A stretch of 64,000 nucleotides of DNA, from positions 114,756-178,755 of IMG/VR virus record IMGVR_UViG_3300032030_000012. The stretch is one strand, 5' to 3'. This DNA comes from a virus. Lineage: Duplodnaviria; Heunggongvirae; Uroviricota; Caudoviricetes. The notes below the pieces were generated by a model, which saw only the letters and a program-made list of their open reading frames with translations, was not told the origin of the DNA and did no database searches. Shown here piece after piece: positions 1-9,167 of this stretch (its first letter is position 1; every line of letters begins with the position of its first letter). Made by a program: the position numbers and the translations under genes.

Positions 1-196
1 ATATTGTTTATATAATGTTGTCATTAATTCTATAACTCTTTTTCTAATATTATAATTATTAGCTGATAATTTTTCAATATGATTAATAGTCAAAATTTCA
101 TCATCATGACTAACTACCATAGCAATATTAGAATATCCATGTATATCTATAGTTAAAACAATATTAGGTTCAATTTTCTTTTTTCTACTCACTATT
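1..196 (-). CDS. hypothetical protein, 5' portion (GTG start near 196 after GAGGAGG RBS; continues beyond window start)
   Basis: Open minus-strand frame 196->1 preceded by strong RBS gaggaggataaataGTG; not in ORF track because it is truncated. Confidence 0.3.
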
Positions 197-300
197 TATC
201 CTCCTCATCTTTTAGACGAAAATAAAAATTTAACCATCTATAGATTCTTTCAGGACCAATAGTTAATCTTCTAGGTAATAAAAATTGATACCACCAACCG

Positions 301-594
301 CTATTGTGTCTTTTGAATAGACTCATCTTCTTCATCCTCCTCATTCAATGTATTAGATATATCTCTTAATACAGTAAAAGGATTCATGCCTTCTTTGTAG
401 TTTCTATGATGATGTTCTATCATACATAATCTATTTTTAACATGTGTAAATTCTTTATTTTTACTAATTAACTGTTCATATAATTTTTTACATTTAATTT
501 TTGATCTTATAAATAATATTAAAAATGTTAATGCTAATGCAGATACTCCAATTATTATAATTAATTCTTTATTCATTATTATCCCTCTTAACAA
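301..594 (-). CDS. hypothetical small membrane protein (one TM helix)
   Basis: ORF track; hydrophobic stretch LIIIIGVSALALTFLILFI; probable true start MNKEL at 576. Confidence 0.5.
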   Translation of the reverse strand: MLRGIIMNKELIIIIGVSALALTFLILFIRSKIKCKKLYEQLISKNKEFTHVKNRLCMIEHHHRNYKEGMNPFTVLRDISNTLNEEDEEDESIQKTQ

Positions 595-640
595 AAATAG
601 CTATCAATACAGATTTATAGAATACTGATAGCTATTAAAG

Positions 641-811
641 TTATTTACTTTCTGGAAATAGATATGGATCTAATCCATGTTTTTTAGTTTTTTGTATTTC
701 TAAATTATGTAATTTCCAGCAATAATTTCCATATCCTCTTTCCTTTGCTATATCGTTTTTTAATATTCTATTGCATCTTTGACATCTTTGATATTGAATT
801 TTAGTTTCCAT
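641..811 (-). CDS. small Cys-rich hypothetical protein (CxxC), about 56 aa
   Basis: Unlisted ORF METKIQYQRCQRCNRILKND...; RBS agaggtagagattatATG. Confidence 0.35.
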   Translation of the reverse strand: METKIQYQRCQRCNRILKNDIAKERGYGNYCWKLHNLEIQKTKKHGLDPYLFPESK

Positions 812-836
812 ATAATCTCTACCTCTTTTTAATAGA

Positions 837-2468
837 TTACATCATACCTGGTAGCGGACCTGAAAGTTGTAAAACATTTTGGTCTTTCTCAGGCTCGTCA
901 ACTATTAAACCTCCCATTGTAATAACTGTTGATGCTATTGATGTTGCATTTAAAATTCCATATCTATCTACTTTAGCTGCGTTTATAACTCCAGTTTCTA
1001 CTAGATTTTCATATTCTCCAGTTAAAGCATTAAATCCTAATTGTTTATTATAACAATTTGCTACTGTCATAGGACCATCAAATCCAGCATTTTCTGCTAT
1101 TTGTCTTGTTACAGATTCTAATGAATTATATACTATTCTTTCACCTAAAGTTCCTTCTCTTTCTGGAGCATTGATAACAGCTGATAAGAAACTATAACCT
1201 CCACCTGGAACTATACCTTCCTCCATAGCAGCTTTAACAGAATTAATAGCATCTTCAATTCTTAATTTTTTATCTTTTATTTCAATTTCAGAATTTCCAC
1301 CAACTTGAATAACAGAAATTCCAGAAATTAAATTAGATATTCTTCTTTTATATTGCTCTCTATCAGATTCTTCAGGTATGTTTTCCATTATACCTGTAAT
1401 TTCTTCTACTCTAACTTCTCTCTCATCTTTTAAATCAATTCCAGTTGAACTTGCATCTTTAAATTTTAAAACAGTATCATCAGGAGTAATTATAGCTTCT
1501 TCTACCTCTCCTAACATAGATATGTCAAAATCTCTAAAGGTTCTTCCAATATCTCTTCCCATTAAAGTAGCTCCAGTAGCAATACAAATATCTTCTATAA
1601 GATTTTCTCTTAATTCTCCAAATCCAGGTAATCCTATTATTGAAACATTTAAAGGAGCTCCTTTAGCTTTATTTACTAAAATCATGTTTAAAGGCTCAAA
1701 ATCAATATCATTACATATGATTAACAATTTTAATCCTTCTTTAACAACTGTATCTAAAATAGGTAATATATCTGTAACACTATCTATTTTATCTTTAGTT
1801 ATTAATACTTTTGCATCTACAATTTCTGATTTCAAATTAATTCTATCATTTAATAAATAATTACTTAAAGTACCATTAGCTAATTTCATACCTTGAATAT
1901 TATCTAAATGATCTTTTCCTGTTTTACTATCTTCTACAATAACAGATCCAAATTCTCCAGCATTTGCAAAAGCATCTGCTATTAATTTTCCTGTCTCTTC
2001 TGAGCCTGAAGAAATGGTTGCTACTCTTTTTATAGCTTCATTATCTTTAACAGGTATTGCAATTGATTTCAAATAATCACTTATTTCTTCACTAGCTTTA
2101 ATCATGTCTTTTTGTATTTGAACAACATTAACATCTTTATGTTCTTCTTTATATTCATCAAAATATTTATGAATCATTTCTTGAGCTAATATAGTAGTTG
2201 TAGTTGTTCCATCTCCTGCTACTAAATTTGTTTTATTAGCTGCTTGTATAATAAGCTGTGCTCCGGCATCTTCTGCATTATCTTTTAAATGAATAGATTT
2301 AGCAATTGTAACACCATCGTTTGTTATAATAGGAGCTGAAACAGCTTCTCTTATTAAAACATTTCTACCTTTTGGTCCAACTGTAGTTTTAACAATATTT
2401 GCTACTGTATCAATACCTTTGACTACTAAATCTTTGGCCTCATTATCATATTTAATTATTTTATTCAT
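837..2468 (-). CDS. groEL: GroEL chaperonin (Hsp60)
   Basis: 543 aa with GroEL hallmarks: VGPKGRNV, AGDGTTTTTILAQ, C-terminal GMM. Confidence 0.95.
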   Translation of the reverse strand: MNKIIKYDNEAKDLVVKGIDTVANIVKTTVGPKGRNVLIREAVSAPIITNDGVTIAKSIHLKDNAEDAGAQLIIQAANKTNLVAGDGTTTTTILAQEMIHKYFDEYKEEHKDVNVVQIQKDMIKASEEISDYLKSIAIPVKDNEAIKRVATISSGSEETGKLIADAFANAGEFGSVIVEDSKTGKDHLDNIQGMKLANGTLSNYLLNDRINLKSEIVDAKVLITKDKIDSVTDILPILDTVVKEGLKLLIICNDIDFEPLNMILVNKAKGAPLNVSIIGLPGFGELRENLIEDICIATGATLMGRDIGRTFRDFDISMLGEVEEAIITPDDTVLKFKDASSTGIDLKDEREVRVEEITGIMENIPEESDREQYKRRISNLISGISVIQVGGNSEIEIKDKKLRIEDAINSVKAAMEEGIVPGGGYSFLSAVINAPEREGTLGERIVYNSLESVTRQIAENAGFDGPMTVANCYNKQLGFNALTGEYENLVETGVINAAKVDRYGILNATSIASTVITMGGLIVDEPEKDQNVLQLSGPLPGMM

Positions 2469-2787
2469 TTATTTTACCTCCAACTTCACTATCATATATC
2501 TTATAAAGTTCAGTCTGAATATACTCTCTAAATTCCTTATTTGATGGATGCGCTATATCAGAATATTCAAAAGTTTCACTATAACTATCTCCATTAGATG
2601 TATATTTTTTCACTTTTTTATTTGGAAAACTAATTATTCTTCTATCTTCAAGTTGTACTAATCTAATATCATGTACAATAAAACAATCATTAAATTGTAT
2701 ACTTGCTATTCCTAATAAACTAGATTCAGGATTATTGTTTTTCTTTATTCTTATACTTGTTATTTTCATTTCATTCATGTTAGTCAT
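2461..2787 (-). CDS. spoVG: SpoVG-like protein
   Basis: 108 aa; core IQFNDCFIVHDIRLV...DIAHPSNKEFREYIQ matches SpoVG (VHDIRV...DIAHPIN) conservation. Confidence 0.75.
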   Translation of the reverse strand: MTNMNEMKITSIRIKKNNNPESSLLGIASIQFNDCFIVHDIRLVQLEDRRIISFPNKKVKKYTSNGDSYSETFEYSDIAHPSNKEFREYIQTELYKIYDSEVGGKINE

Positions 2788-3091
2788 TGTCTCCTTCTAT
2801 AATTAATAATATCATTGATTCTGATAATATTGTATAATCTTTATTACCATCATTATAGTTATCTCCCTGCATTTTTGAAAAAACTATTTTATCTCCAACC
2901 TTTACTTTTAAAGGCACTATTTCACCATTACTTAATAATCTTCCTTCACCAACTGCTACGACGGTTCCTACCATTGTTGAATTATTTGATAAACTCATAT
3001 TTTTAGTATATGATAATCCTGATGATGAAGTGATTTCTTGTTTATCATTCAACTCTACCACTATTTTTTCGTATAAAGGCCTCAAGTTCAT
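2780..3091 (-). CDS. groES: GroES co-chaperonin (Hsp10)
   Basis: 103 aa; MNLRPLYEKIVV...VGEGRLLSNGEIVPLKVKVGDKIVF matches GroES pattern and mobile loop. Confidence 0.85.
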   Translation of the reverse strand: MNLRPLYEKIVVELNDKQEITSSSGLSYTKNMSLSNNSTMVGTVVAVGEGRLLSNGEIVPLKVKVGDKIVFSKMQGDNYNDGNKDYTILSESMILLIIEGDND

Positions 3092-3371
3092 TTTTTAATT
3101 CTTCCTCCTTTTCTTTCTTAGTTTTTTTAGACTCATCAGGTGCTTTTCTAGAGGCATCTCCAAAAACGATAGAATGAGCTGTATAATACTTTTTATCTTT
3201 ATCTCTAACAAAACCTTCATCTATTCCATCAGAAATTCTCAAAGCATCTTTATAATCGTTGAAATATTTAATTCCATTCATCATTTTGGAGATGCAATTT
3301 CTACCTGTTTCTTTATAATAACCTACAAGTTCACCTGTAGTTTTATTAAAGATCTTTATATAATATTGCAT
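3045..3371 (-). CDS. hypothetical protein
   Basis: ORF track; 3' end overlaps groES start by 47 nt. Confidence 0.45.
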   Translation of the reverse strand: MQYYIKIFNKTTGELVGYYKETGRNCISKMMNGIKYFNDYKDALRISDGIDEGFVRDKDKKYYTAHSIVFGDASRKAPDESKKTKKEKEEELKNELEAFIRKNSGRVE

Positions 3372-3401
3372 TTTTATCTCCTTTATATTTTTTATAACAA
3401 C

Positions 3402-3749
3402 TTAACTTGTATATTTAATAAAAGCATATATAAAATTACCTTCTATATTACTGATTCCGAAATCAATTATTTTATAATTATTCATAACTAATTCTTTCAT
3501 TTTATTATTCATATAGTCACTTAAACTCATTTCTTGGTATCTTAAATCAGCAGCTTTGATTAAAATAATTGATGGGCAATTTATTACTATTTTATCATTA
3601 TCCATTCTTTCGAATTCTTCTTTTAACTTACCTGTTATTTTTACTAAATTTTGATTAATAGCTGATGAAACGTTGTAACTTTGTTGATTAGAAATATTTC
3701 TAATATTTTCACAGACTTTTAACATATTATCAATATCACTTTTGCGCAT
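3402..3749 (-). CDS. hypothetical protein
   Basis: ORF track. Confidence 0.5.
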   Translation of the reverse strand: MRKSDIDNMLKVCENIRNISNQQSYNVSSAINQNLVKITGKLKEEFERMDNDKIVINCPSIILIKAADLRYQEMSLSDYMNNKMKELVMNNYKIIDFGISNIEGNFIYAFIKYTS

Positions 3750-4292
3750 TTAATCTTCCTCCTCTACTAGATTATCAAGTACTTTTAATATTATATCAAT
3801 TTTCTTATCTTTCTGGACTTCATTTAATTTTCGAACTAAATCTAAATTTTGTTTATTTATTTTATGTTTATTTGTTTCTATTAAAGCTTCTTTAGCTAAA
3901 TTAATTTTATCTTGTTTTACAGATATAAATATAGTATTTTTTGTAGCAACTTCTATATTATCTATAATCACTTCTACATCAAAACAATTTGTATAATCAT
4001 CTATATCTAAAAAATAATCTAAATATAACCATAAAATCCTATTAGATTTTATAGATAATTTTAAGCCTTCACTAGCAAGTCTACTTGCTAAATTCTTTCT
4101 ATAACTTAAATGATTTCGAGGTTTATATCCAATACTAAGTAGATATGATTCACATTTTTTAATTGCAGAAGATTGAATTCTATTAATCATTGTAGAAGTA
4201 TGAGCAACATTATTTCTATCTAATCCTCTTTCAATTTTTTCAGCCCATTTATTATAAGATTCATCATATTTTAATTCTATTTGTTTTCCCAT
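3750..4292 (-). CDS. hypothetical protein
   Basis: ORF track. Confidence 0.5.
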   Translation of the reverse strand: MGKQIELKYDESYNKWAEKIERGLDRNNVAHTSTMINRIQSSAIKKCESYLLSIGYKPRNHLSYRKNLASRLASEGLKLSIKSNRILWLYLDYFLDIDDYTNCFDVEVIIDNIEVATKNTIFISVKQDKINLAKEALIETNKHKINKQNLDLVRKLNEVQKDKKIDIILKVLDNLVEEED

Positions 4293-4354
4293 AGATTATC
4301 CTCCTCATCATTTAGATAAGGTTGTTGTCAAGTATAAGTGTCCCTCAGTAACCA

Positions 4355-4633
4355 TCATTTATCTAATCTCTTTATCATTTCTTGTATAGTTTCTCTTCTG
4401 TTCTTAAATTTATATAAATCTACTAAATCTTCATTATTTAGTAATAAAAATTTTCTTTCAATTATATTAATCATAGTATCAAGTTGAGTTTCAACTCTTT
4501 CTAGTTTTTTCATAGTAGATTGACCCATTAGTTTTGTATAAGACTTATTATAAAGTATAGCATAATTTAAATCGGCTAAATTTTTAATATCACAAGCTAG
4601 TTGTTTAATTATTAAATTTTCCTCATTCTCCAT
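4355..4633 (-). CDS. hypothetical protein
   Basis: ORF track. Confidence 0.5.
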   Translation of the reverse strand: MENEENLIIKQLACDIKNLADLNYAILYNKSYTKLMGQSTMKKLERVETQLDTMINIIERKFLLLNNEDLVDLYKFKNRRETIQEMIKRLDK

Positions 4634-4651
4634 ACTTTAATCTCCTAATAT

Positions 4652-5161
4652 TTAATTTCCAGTAGAACCAAATCCACCAGCTCTTTCAGCTGTTATTTCT
4701 TCTTCATTAGTTACAGTATAGTATTTCTCGAATATTCCTTGACCTAATTTATCTCCTGCTTCGATAACAGTATCTTCATCTGTAAAATTATAAAACATAA
4801 ATCCAATTTCTCCGTCATTATCTAAATTTCCATAATAATCAGCATCTACTATACCAACACCATTAGCTAAAAATATTCCTTTCTTTTTAGGATTAGAAGA
4901 TCTATTATATAATTTTAAAGCCATATCGCTAGGAAATTGAGCTTTAATTCCTGTTTTAATTAATTTTAAACTATGTGCTGGTATTACTGTTTCTAAAGGA
5001 TTATAAAAATCATATCCAGCAGAAAATTTAGTACTTCTTTCAGGTAATCTTCTATAAGGACCTCCTTCACTAGCTTCTCTTAACAATCCTGTAAACTCAA
5101 ATTTAATTGGTGTAGGTTTAATATAAACATCACTTGTTGGACCTTCACAATTATCATACAT
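4652..5161 (-). CDS. dut: dUTP diphosphatase (trimeric dUTPase)
   Basis: Motifs AGYDF, RSS, GVGIVDADYYG, C-terminal RAGGFGSTG. Confidence 0.85.
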   Translation of the reverse strand: MYDNCEGPTSDVYIKPTPIKFEFTGLLREASEGGPYRRLPERSTKFSAGYDFYNPLETVIPAHSLKLIKTGIKAQFPSDMALKLYNRSSNPKKKGIFLANGVGIVDADYYGNLDNDGEIGFMFYNFTDEDTVIEAGDKLGQGIFEKYYTVTNEEEITAERAGGFGSTGN

Positions 5162-5402
5162 TTTTATTTCCTCCTTTAATTTTATTATATATTTTATAAA
5201 TAATAGATAGAGGTATTAATATAATCCATCCTAAAGAACAAGTGAGTAAAAATAAAACTTTAACTTCTCCATAAATAATTTGTCCTTCAGGATCATTTTT
5301 ATCTTCTGATATAACTATGTATAACATTACTATCCCATATATAAAACCTATTAAAATATAAATTAATCCTCCAACTATTAAATTCATCATCTTTTGAATC
5401 AC
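5154..5402 (-). CDS. hypothetical membrane protein (2 TM)
   Basis: ORF track; hydrophobic. Confidence 0.5.
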   Translation of the reverse strand: MIQKMMNLIVGGLIYILIGFIYGIVMLYIVISEDKNDPEGQIIYGEVKVLFLLTCSLGWIILIPLSIIYKIYNKIKGGNKNV

Positions 5403-5608
5403 TCCTTTTTGTTTTGCTCAATTATCTTTATGCATTCATTAAATTTTTCTTTCACTTGTTTATCTTCCTCAGTTTCTTTCTTCATAAATTCTAATATCGA
5501 ATTTACTTCGTGTCTTTCAATTGTTTTAAATATTATCTTAATAATAGCTATAATTATAACTAAAAATATTATACCAAGTATGATAAAAAGTGCATATTCA
5601 CTTCCCAT
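5399..5608 (-). CDS. hypothetical membrane protein
   Basis: ORF track; N-terminal TM. Confidence 0.45.
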   Translation of the reverse strand: MGSEYALFIILGIIFLVIIIAIIKIIFKTIERHEVNSILEFMKKETEEDKQVKEKFNECIKIIEQNKKE

Positions 5609-5640
5609 AGCCTTCTAACTCCTTCTGTAATATTGTCATA

Positions 5641-7593
5641 CTAATAAGATTTAACTCTACTTAATCCATTTTTATCTTTAATAACAGTAATAACAGAATC
5701 ACAACCAATAGGAATTTCTTTATGAGATACCATATAAATACTTTCTAATGTTTCTAACTCATTATTAATTAAATCTATTACTTTAGTTTCTGCTTTACTA
5801 TCACAATATCCTAAAATCTCATCTAATATTATCATATTACAATTCATATTACCAATCATTCCAGCTAATGATTTTTGAGCTAATAATAATGCAATATTAA
5901 CTCTTGTTTTTTCTCCTCCTGATAATGATTCATATGTAGCATTTCCTAATTTAATATCTAACTTTGTATCATCTTCAGAAATAGAAATAACATCTCCTTC
6001 ATTACTAAATAATTGATTTGAATATTCACTTAGAACCTTATTTAAATATTTTAAGCTATTTTTTAAAAGATAAGTTCTAAACTCTTTAGTTATTAATTGA
6101 AGCATATGTTTTATAGAATTAATTGTATTATCACATTCGGTTAATTCTAGTTGTTTATTATTATATAAGTCATCTATATTTAATAATTGTTTATCTATAT
6201 CTTCAATCATTTTTTCAAATTCTTCTTTACTAGCAACTTCAGTCTTTAGAATTTGTTCTTTTTTACTTTGTAAAATATTTATTTCATGTTGAATACTCTC
6301 TTTTTTATTAGTTTCTAATTTTACATTATTCATTAATATTTTTCTTTGATTTTCTTCATTTTCTATATTTTTATTTCTATTTTCTACATTTTTATTTATT
6401 TCTTTTGCTTTATTTTCAATTTCATCTTTTTTAGCCTGGATATCTTTTAATTGTTTTTCATACTCATTAATATTAGAATTACAATCATTAATAATATTAT
6501 TTAAATTATCTATTTCACTATTTTTCTCTTTTATAGTACTTTGCAAATGTTCATCATTAAAATTATCATATTTTCGACCACATGTTGGACATGTATCAGA
6601 ATTTTTTATCTTATCAATCTCTTTATTAATTTTTTCTATTTCTTCTTCTTTTAAATGTATTAATAATTTATCTTTATTAATATCAGCTTCTATTTTTGAC
6701 AATTGATTATTAACATCTAAAAGTTGTTTATCTACTTCTGTTTTTGCATTTAAATCATCTTGACTTTCTTTTCTCAAATCTTCTATTTGTTTTTCTTTTT
6801 CAGACACAGCTTGATTTGCCTCTTCAATTAATATATCTTGATTTGATAATTCTTGTTGTTTACCTTCTATATCCAGTTCAATTTGCTTTAAATCTCCTAA
6901 AGCTTTTAATCTTTCAATTTCTTCATCTATAGCTTTAATTTTTTCATTTAATTGAGATTTCTGATTTATTAAAGCAGATTTTTTTCCTTCCATTTGATTT
7001 ATATCATTTACAATATCTACTCGATCTGCTTCATATTTTATCTGCTGCTCTTTTACTTTTTCTTTAAAATTATTTATTGTATTATCTGTATTTGTTAATA
7101 CTTCTAGTCTTTCTCTTCTAGCTGTTGGTTGTAATGATGCTAAATTTGTTACTGCATTCTGAGATAAGAAAATCGTATCTAAAAATATACTCTTTGATAT
7201 ACCTAAAAGATTTAATATTAGTTTATTAGTATCGGTTTTATTTCTTGCAGATATATCTATATTATCTTTATATAATAATACTGAAGATTTACCATTTTTA
7301 CCTTCCCTATAAATTGTATATTTCACACCATCTATTTCAAGTTCTAATTTTAATTTATATCCATTACCTATAATTCTATTTTCTACATCTTTTTCACCAG
7401 AACTTGTTTCTTCAAATAATGAGTATATTATACCTTCAAATATTGAAGATTTTCCTGAACCGTTAGATGTAGCATTATCTTCATATTCATTAATACCTTT
7501 TACAATGACTGTTCCTTGATTATTTAAAATGATCTGTGCTTTATCGATAGATCTAAAACTCTCTAATTCAATTGATAAAAATTTTAAATTCAT
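5641..7593 (-). CDS. sbcC: SbcC/Rad50-like recombination ATPase (T4 gp46-like)
   Basis: Walker A GSGKSS, long coiled coil with CPTCG zinc hook, signature LSGGEKTRVNIALLLA, Walker B MIILDE. Confidence 0.85.
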   Translation of the reverse strand: MNLKFLSIELESFRSIDKAQIILNNQGTVIVKGINEYEDNATSNGSGKSSIFEGIIYSLFEETSSGEKDVENRIIGNGYKLKLELEIDGVKYTIYREGKNGKSSVLLYKDNIDISARNKTDTNKLILNLLGISKSIFLDTIFLSQNAVTNLASLQPTARRERLEVLTNTDNTINNFKEKVKEQQIKYEADRVDIVNDINQMEGKKSALINQKSQLNEKIKAIDEEIERLKALGDLKQIELDIEGKQQELSNQDILIEEANQAVSEKEKQIEDLRKESQDDLNAKTEVDKQLLDVNNQLSKIEADINKDKLLIHLKEEEIEKINKEIDKIKNSDTCPTCGRKYDNFNDEHLQSTIKEKNSEIDNLNNIINDCNSNINEYEKQLKDIQAKKDEIENKAKEINKNVENRNKNIENEENQRKILMNNVKLETNKKESIQHEINILQSKKEQILKTEVASKEEFEKMIEDIDKQLLNIDDLYNNKQLELTECDNTINSIKHMLQLITKEFRTYLLKNSLKYLNKVLSEYSNQLFSNEGDVISISEDDTKLDIKLGNATYESLSGGEKTRVNIALLLAQKSLAGMIGNMNCNMIILDEILGYCDSKAETKVIDLINNELETLESIYMVSHKEIPIGCDSVITVIKDKNGLSRVKSY

Positions 7594-7988
7594 TTATTGT
7601 ACTCCTTTTCAGTATATACTCTTTTATGATTATCTGCTAAATAATCTTCAGCATTCTTGTATGAAATATAATCATCACTTGCTTGACATAACTTATCTTC
7701 ATCCATTTTTAATTCAATTAAAGCTAAAATACTGTAATTAGCTAAATCCATTAAAGTATCTTGAACTTTTTCATCTTGAACTAAATTATCTTTATTATTC
7801 AAAGTTAAATTTGTAACTCTATTTAGTTTATCAGATAATCTAACTAAAAAAGAAGTTAATCCAAATTTTTCATAAGTATCTGTAACAGAACTACCATAAT
7901 CTCTATTCTTTCTAATATATAAATCATGCATTTCATCTAGTAGTTGTTTATGAATAGATTCTCTTTTTTGATATTCACTTTCTGTCAT
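7590..7988 (-). CDS. possible MazG-like/DUF1599 all-alpha NTP-pyrophosphohydrolase-like protein
   Basis: Motifs RKNRDYG...KFG...DKLNR...DLANY; assignment made from memory. Confidence 0.35.
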   Translation of the reverse strand: MTESEYQKRESIHKQLLDEMHDLYIRKNRDYGSSVTDTYEKFGLTSFLVRLSDKLNRVTNLTLNNKDNLVQDEKVQDTLMDLANYSILALIELKMDEDKLCQASDDYISYKNAEDYLADNHKRVYTEKEYNK

Positions 7989-7989
7989 A

Positions 7990-9051
7990 TTAATTCACCC
8001 CTTCTAATACTTTATCATAATAAGCTCTAGGTAATTTTAAATCTGTTATATCTAAAAAATCTTTAAATGATTGTTTTATATCTATATTTGATTGTAAATT
8101 TAATAATGATTCTGAATTATCATCTAATTTTTCTTCTTTAGAAACTTTAACACTTAATCTATTTGAAATAATATACTCATTATTATCAGTTAAAAATTGT
8201 TTAACAGCTTCTTTTAGTTCAAATGGACAAGTAATATGTAATATGTATTTATAACTTTTATTGAGTTTATTCAAGAAATTTTCTAATTCAGATATATTAG
8301 ATTCAATATTAAATTTTCTAAATAAAGGACAAATAGTAGGTTTAAATGTTTTAAGATCTAATGTTTCAGTATCAAAAATATAACATTGTGGAACCGATTC
8401 TTCATCATCACTAAAACTATGAGTTGATATAGAACCTACATTTATTACATTTCCAGATATACTAGATTTATGAATATGACCATTAAAAACAAGTTTATAT
8501 TTATCTTTTAATATATTAGGATCAATTCCTTCAGGTAAAGCAAAATTACCTCTAATAATACTTCCTTGAATATCTTGATGAGAGAATAAAAAATCTCCTT
8601 CAGGAAATTCTAATATATCTTTATGATTACAATATGGTAAAAATGCTAATTTAATATTATCTTGTACATTAGTAAATAATTTAGGATCTACAGTACAAGC
8701 TTCTGATATAACTGTAATATTATTTATATTACTTAAAATCTTAATAGCATTAAATTCTTGATTTATCATTTCATGATTTCCTACTAATACTAAATGAGGA
8801 ATATTAAACATTCTAAAACATTTAAAAAATTCAGATGCAACATCTATATCATAAGAAGTAATAGTATGTTGATCAAATGTATCTCCTAAATTTAATATCA
8901 AATCAGGTTTTTCTTGATCAATAATGTTTTCTAAATATTTACCTGTTTCTAATATCATTTTCTGTCTATATGTATATTTATCATCATTTCCTATAGGCAT
9001 AATAGAACTTGTTCTACTAATATGTAAATCACTATATATAAAAATCTTCAT
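7990..9051 (-). CDS. sbcD: SbcD/Mre11-like nuclease (calcineurin-like phosphoesterase, T4 gp47-like)
   Basis: IYSDLH...NLGDTFD...LVGNHE...GHIH motifs. Confidence 0.85.
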   Translation of the reverse strand: MKIFIYSDLHISRTSSIMPIGNDDKYTYRQKMILETGKYLENIIDQEKPDLILNLGDTFDQHTITSYDIDVASEFFKCFRMFNIPHLVLVGNHEMINQEFNAIKILSNINNITVISEACTVDPKLFTNVQDNIKLAFLPYCNHKDILEFPEGDFLFSHQDIQGSIIRGNFALPEGIDPNILKDKYKLVFNGHIHKSSISGNVINVGSISTHSFSDDEESVPQCYIFDTETLDLKTFKPTICPLFRKFNIESNISELENFLNKLNKSYKYILHITCPFELKEAVKQFLTDNNEYIISNRLSVKVSKEEKLDDNSESLLNLQSNIDIKQSFKDFLDITDLKLPRAYYDKVLEGVN

Positions 9052-9084
9052 GAATATATTCTACCTCCAATTATTATAACAACT

Positions 9085-9124
9085 TTTGAGTAAAAGAATG
9101 ACAGGGTTAGTACAACCCTGTCAT
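9085..9124 (-). terminator. rho-independent terminator after prs
   Basis: 9-bp stem atgacaggg/ccctgtcat followed by a T-run on the minus strand. Confidence 0.55.
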
Positions 9125-9167
9125 ATTGAAAGATCTGTCGATTAGTTAGCTAGTTACTTGTTGAAAA

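Noticed and set aside
1378-1860. Plus-strand 160-aa ORF inside groEL
   Set aside because: Antisense shadow ORF within a well-supported GroEL gene; low-complexity translation.
2815-3491. Plus-strand ORFs 2815..3006 and 3174..3491
   Set aside because: Antisense to supported minus-strand genes; Tyr/Leu/Ile-rich translations typical of AT-rich shadow frames.
5394-7741. Plus-strand ORFs 5394..5618, 6744..6932, 7529..7741
   Set aside because: Shadow ORFs overlapping the minus-strand membrane protein and SbcC genes.
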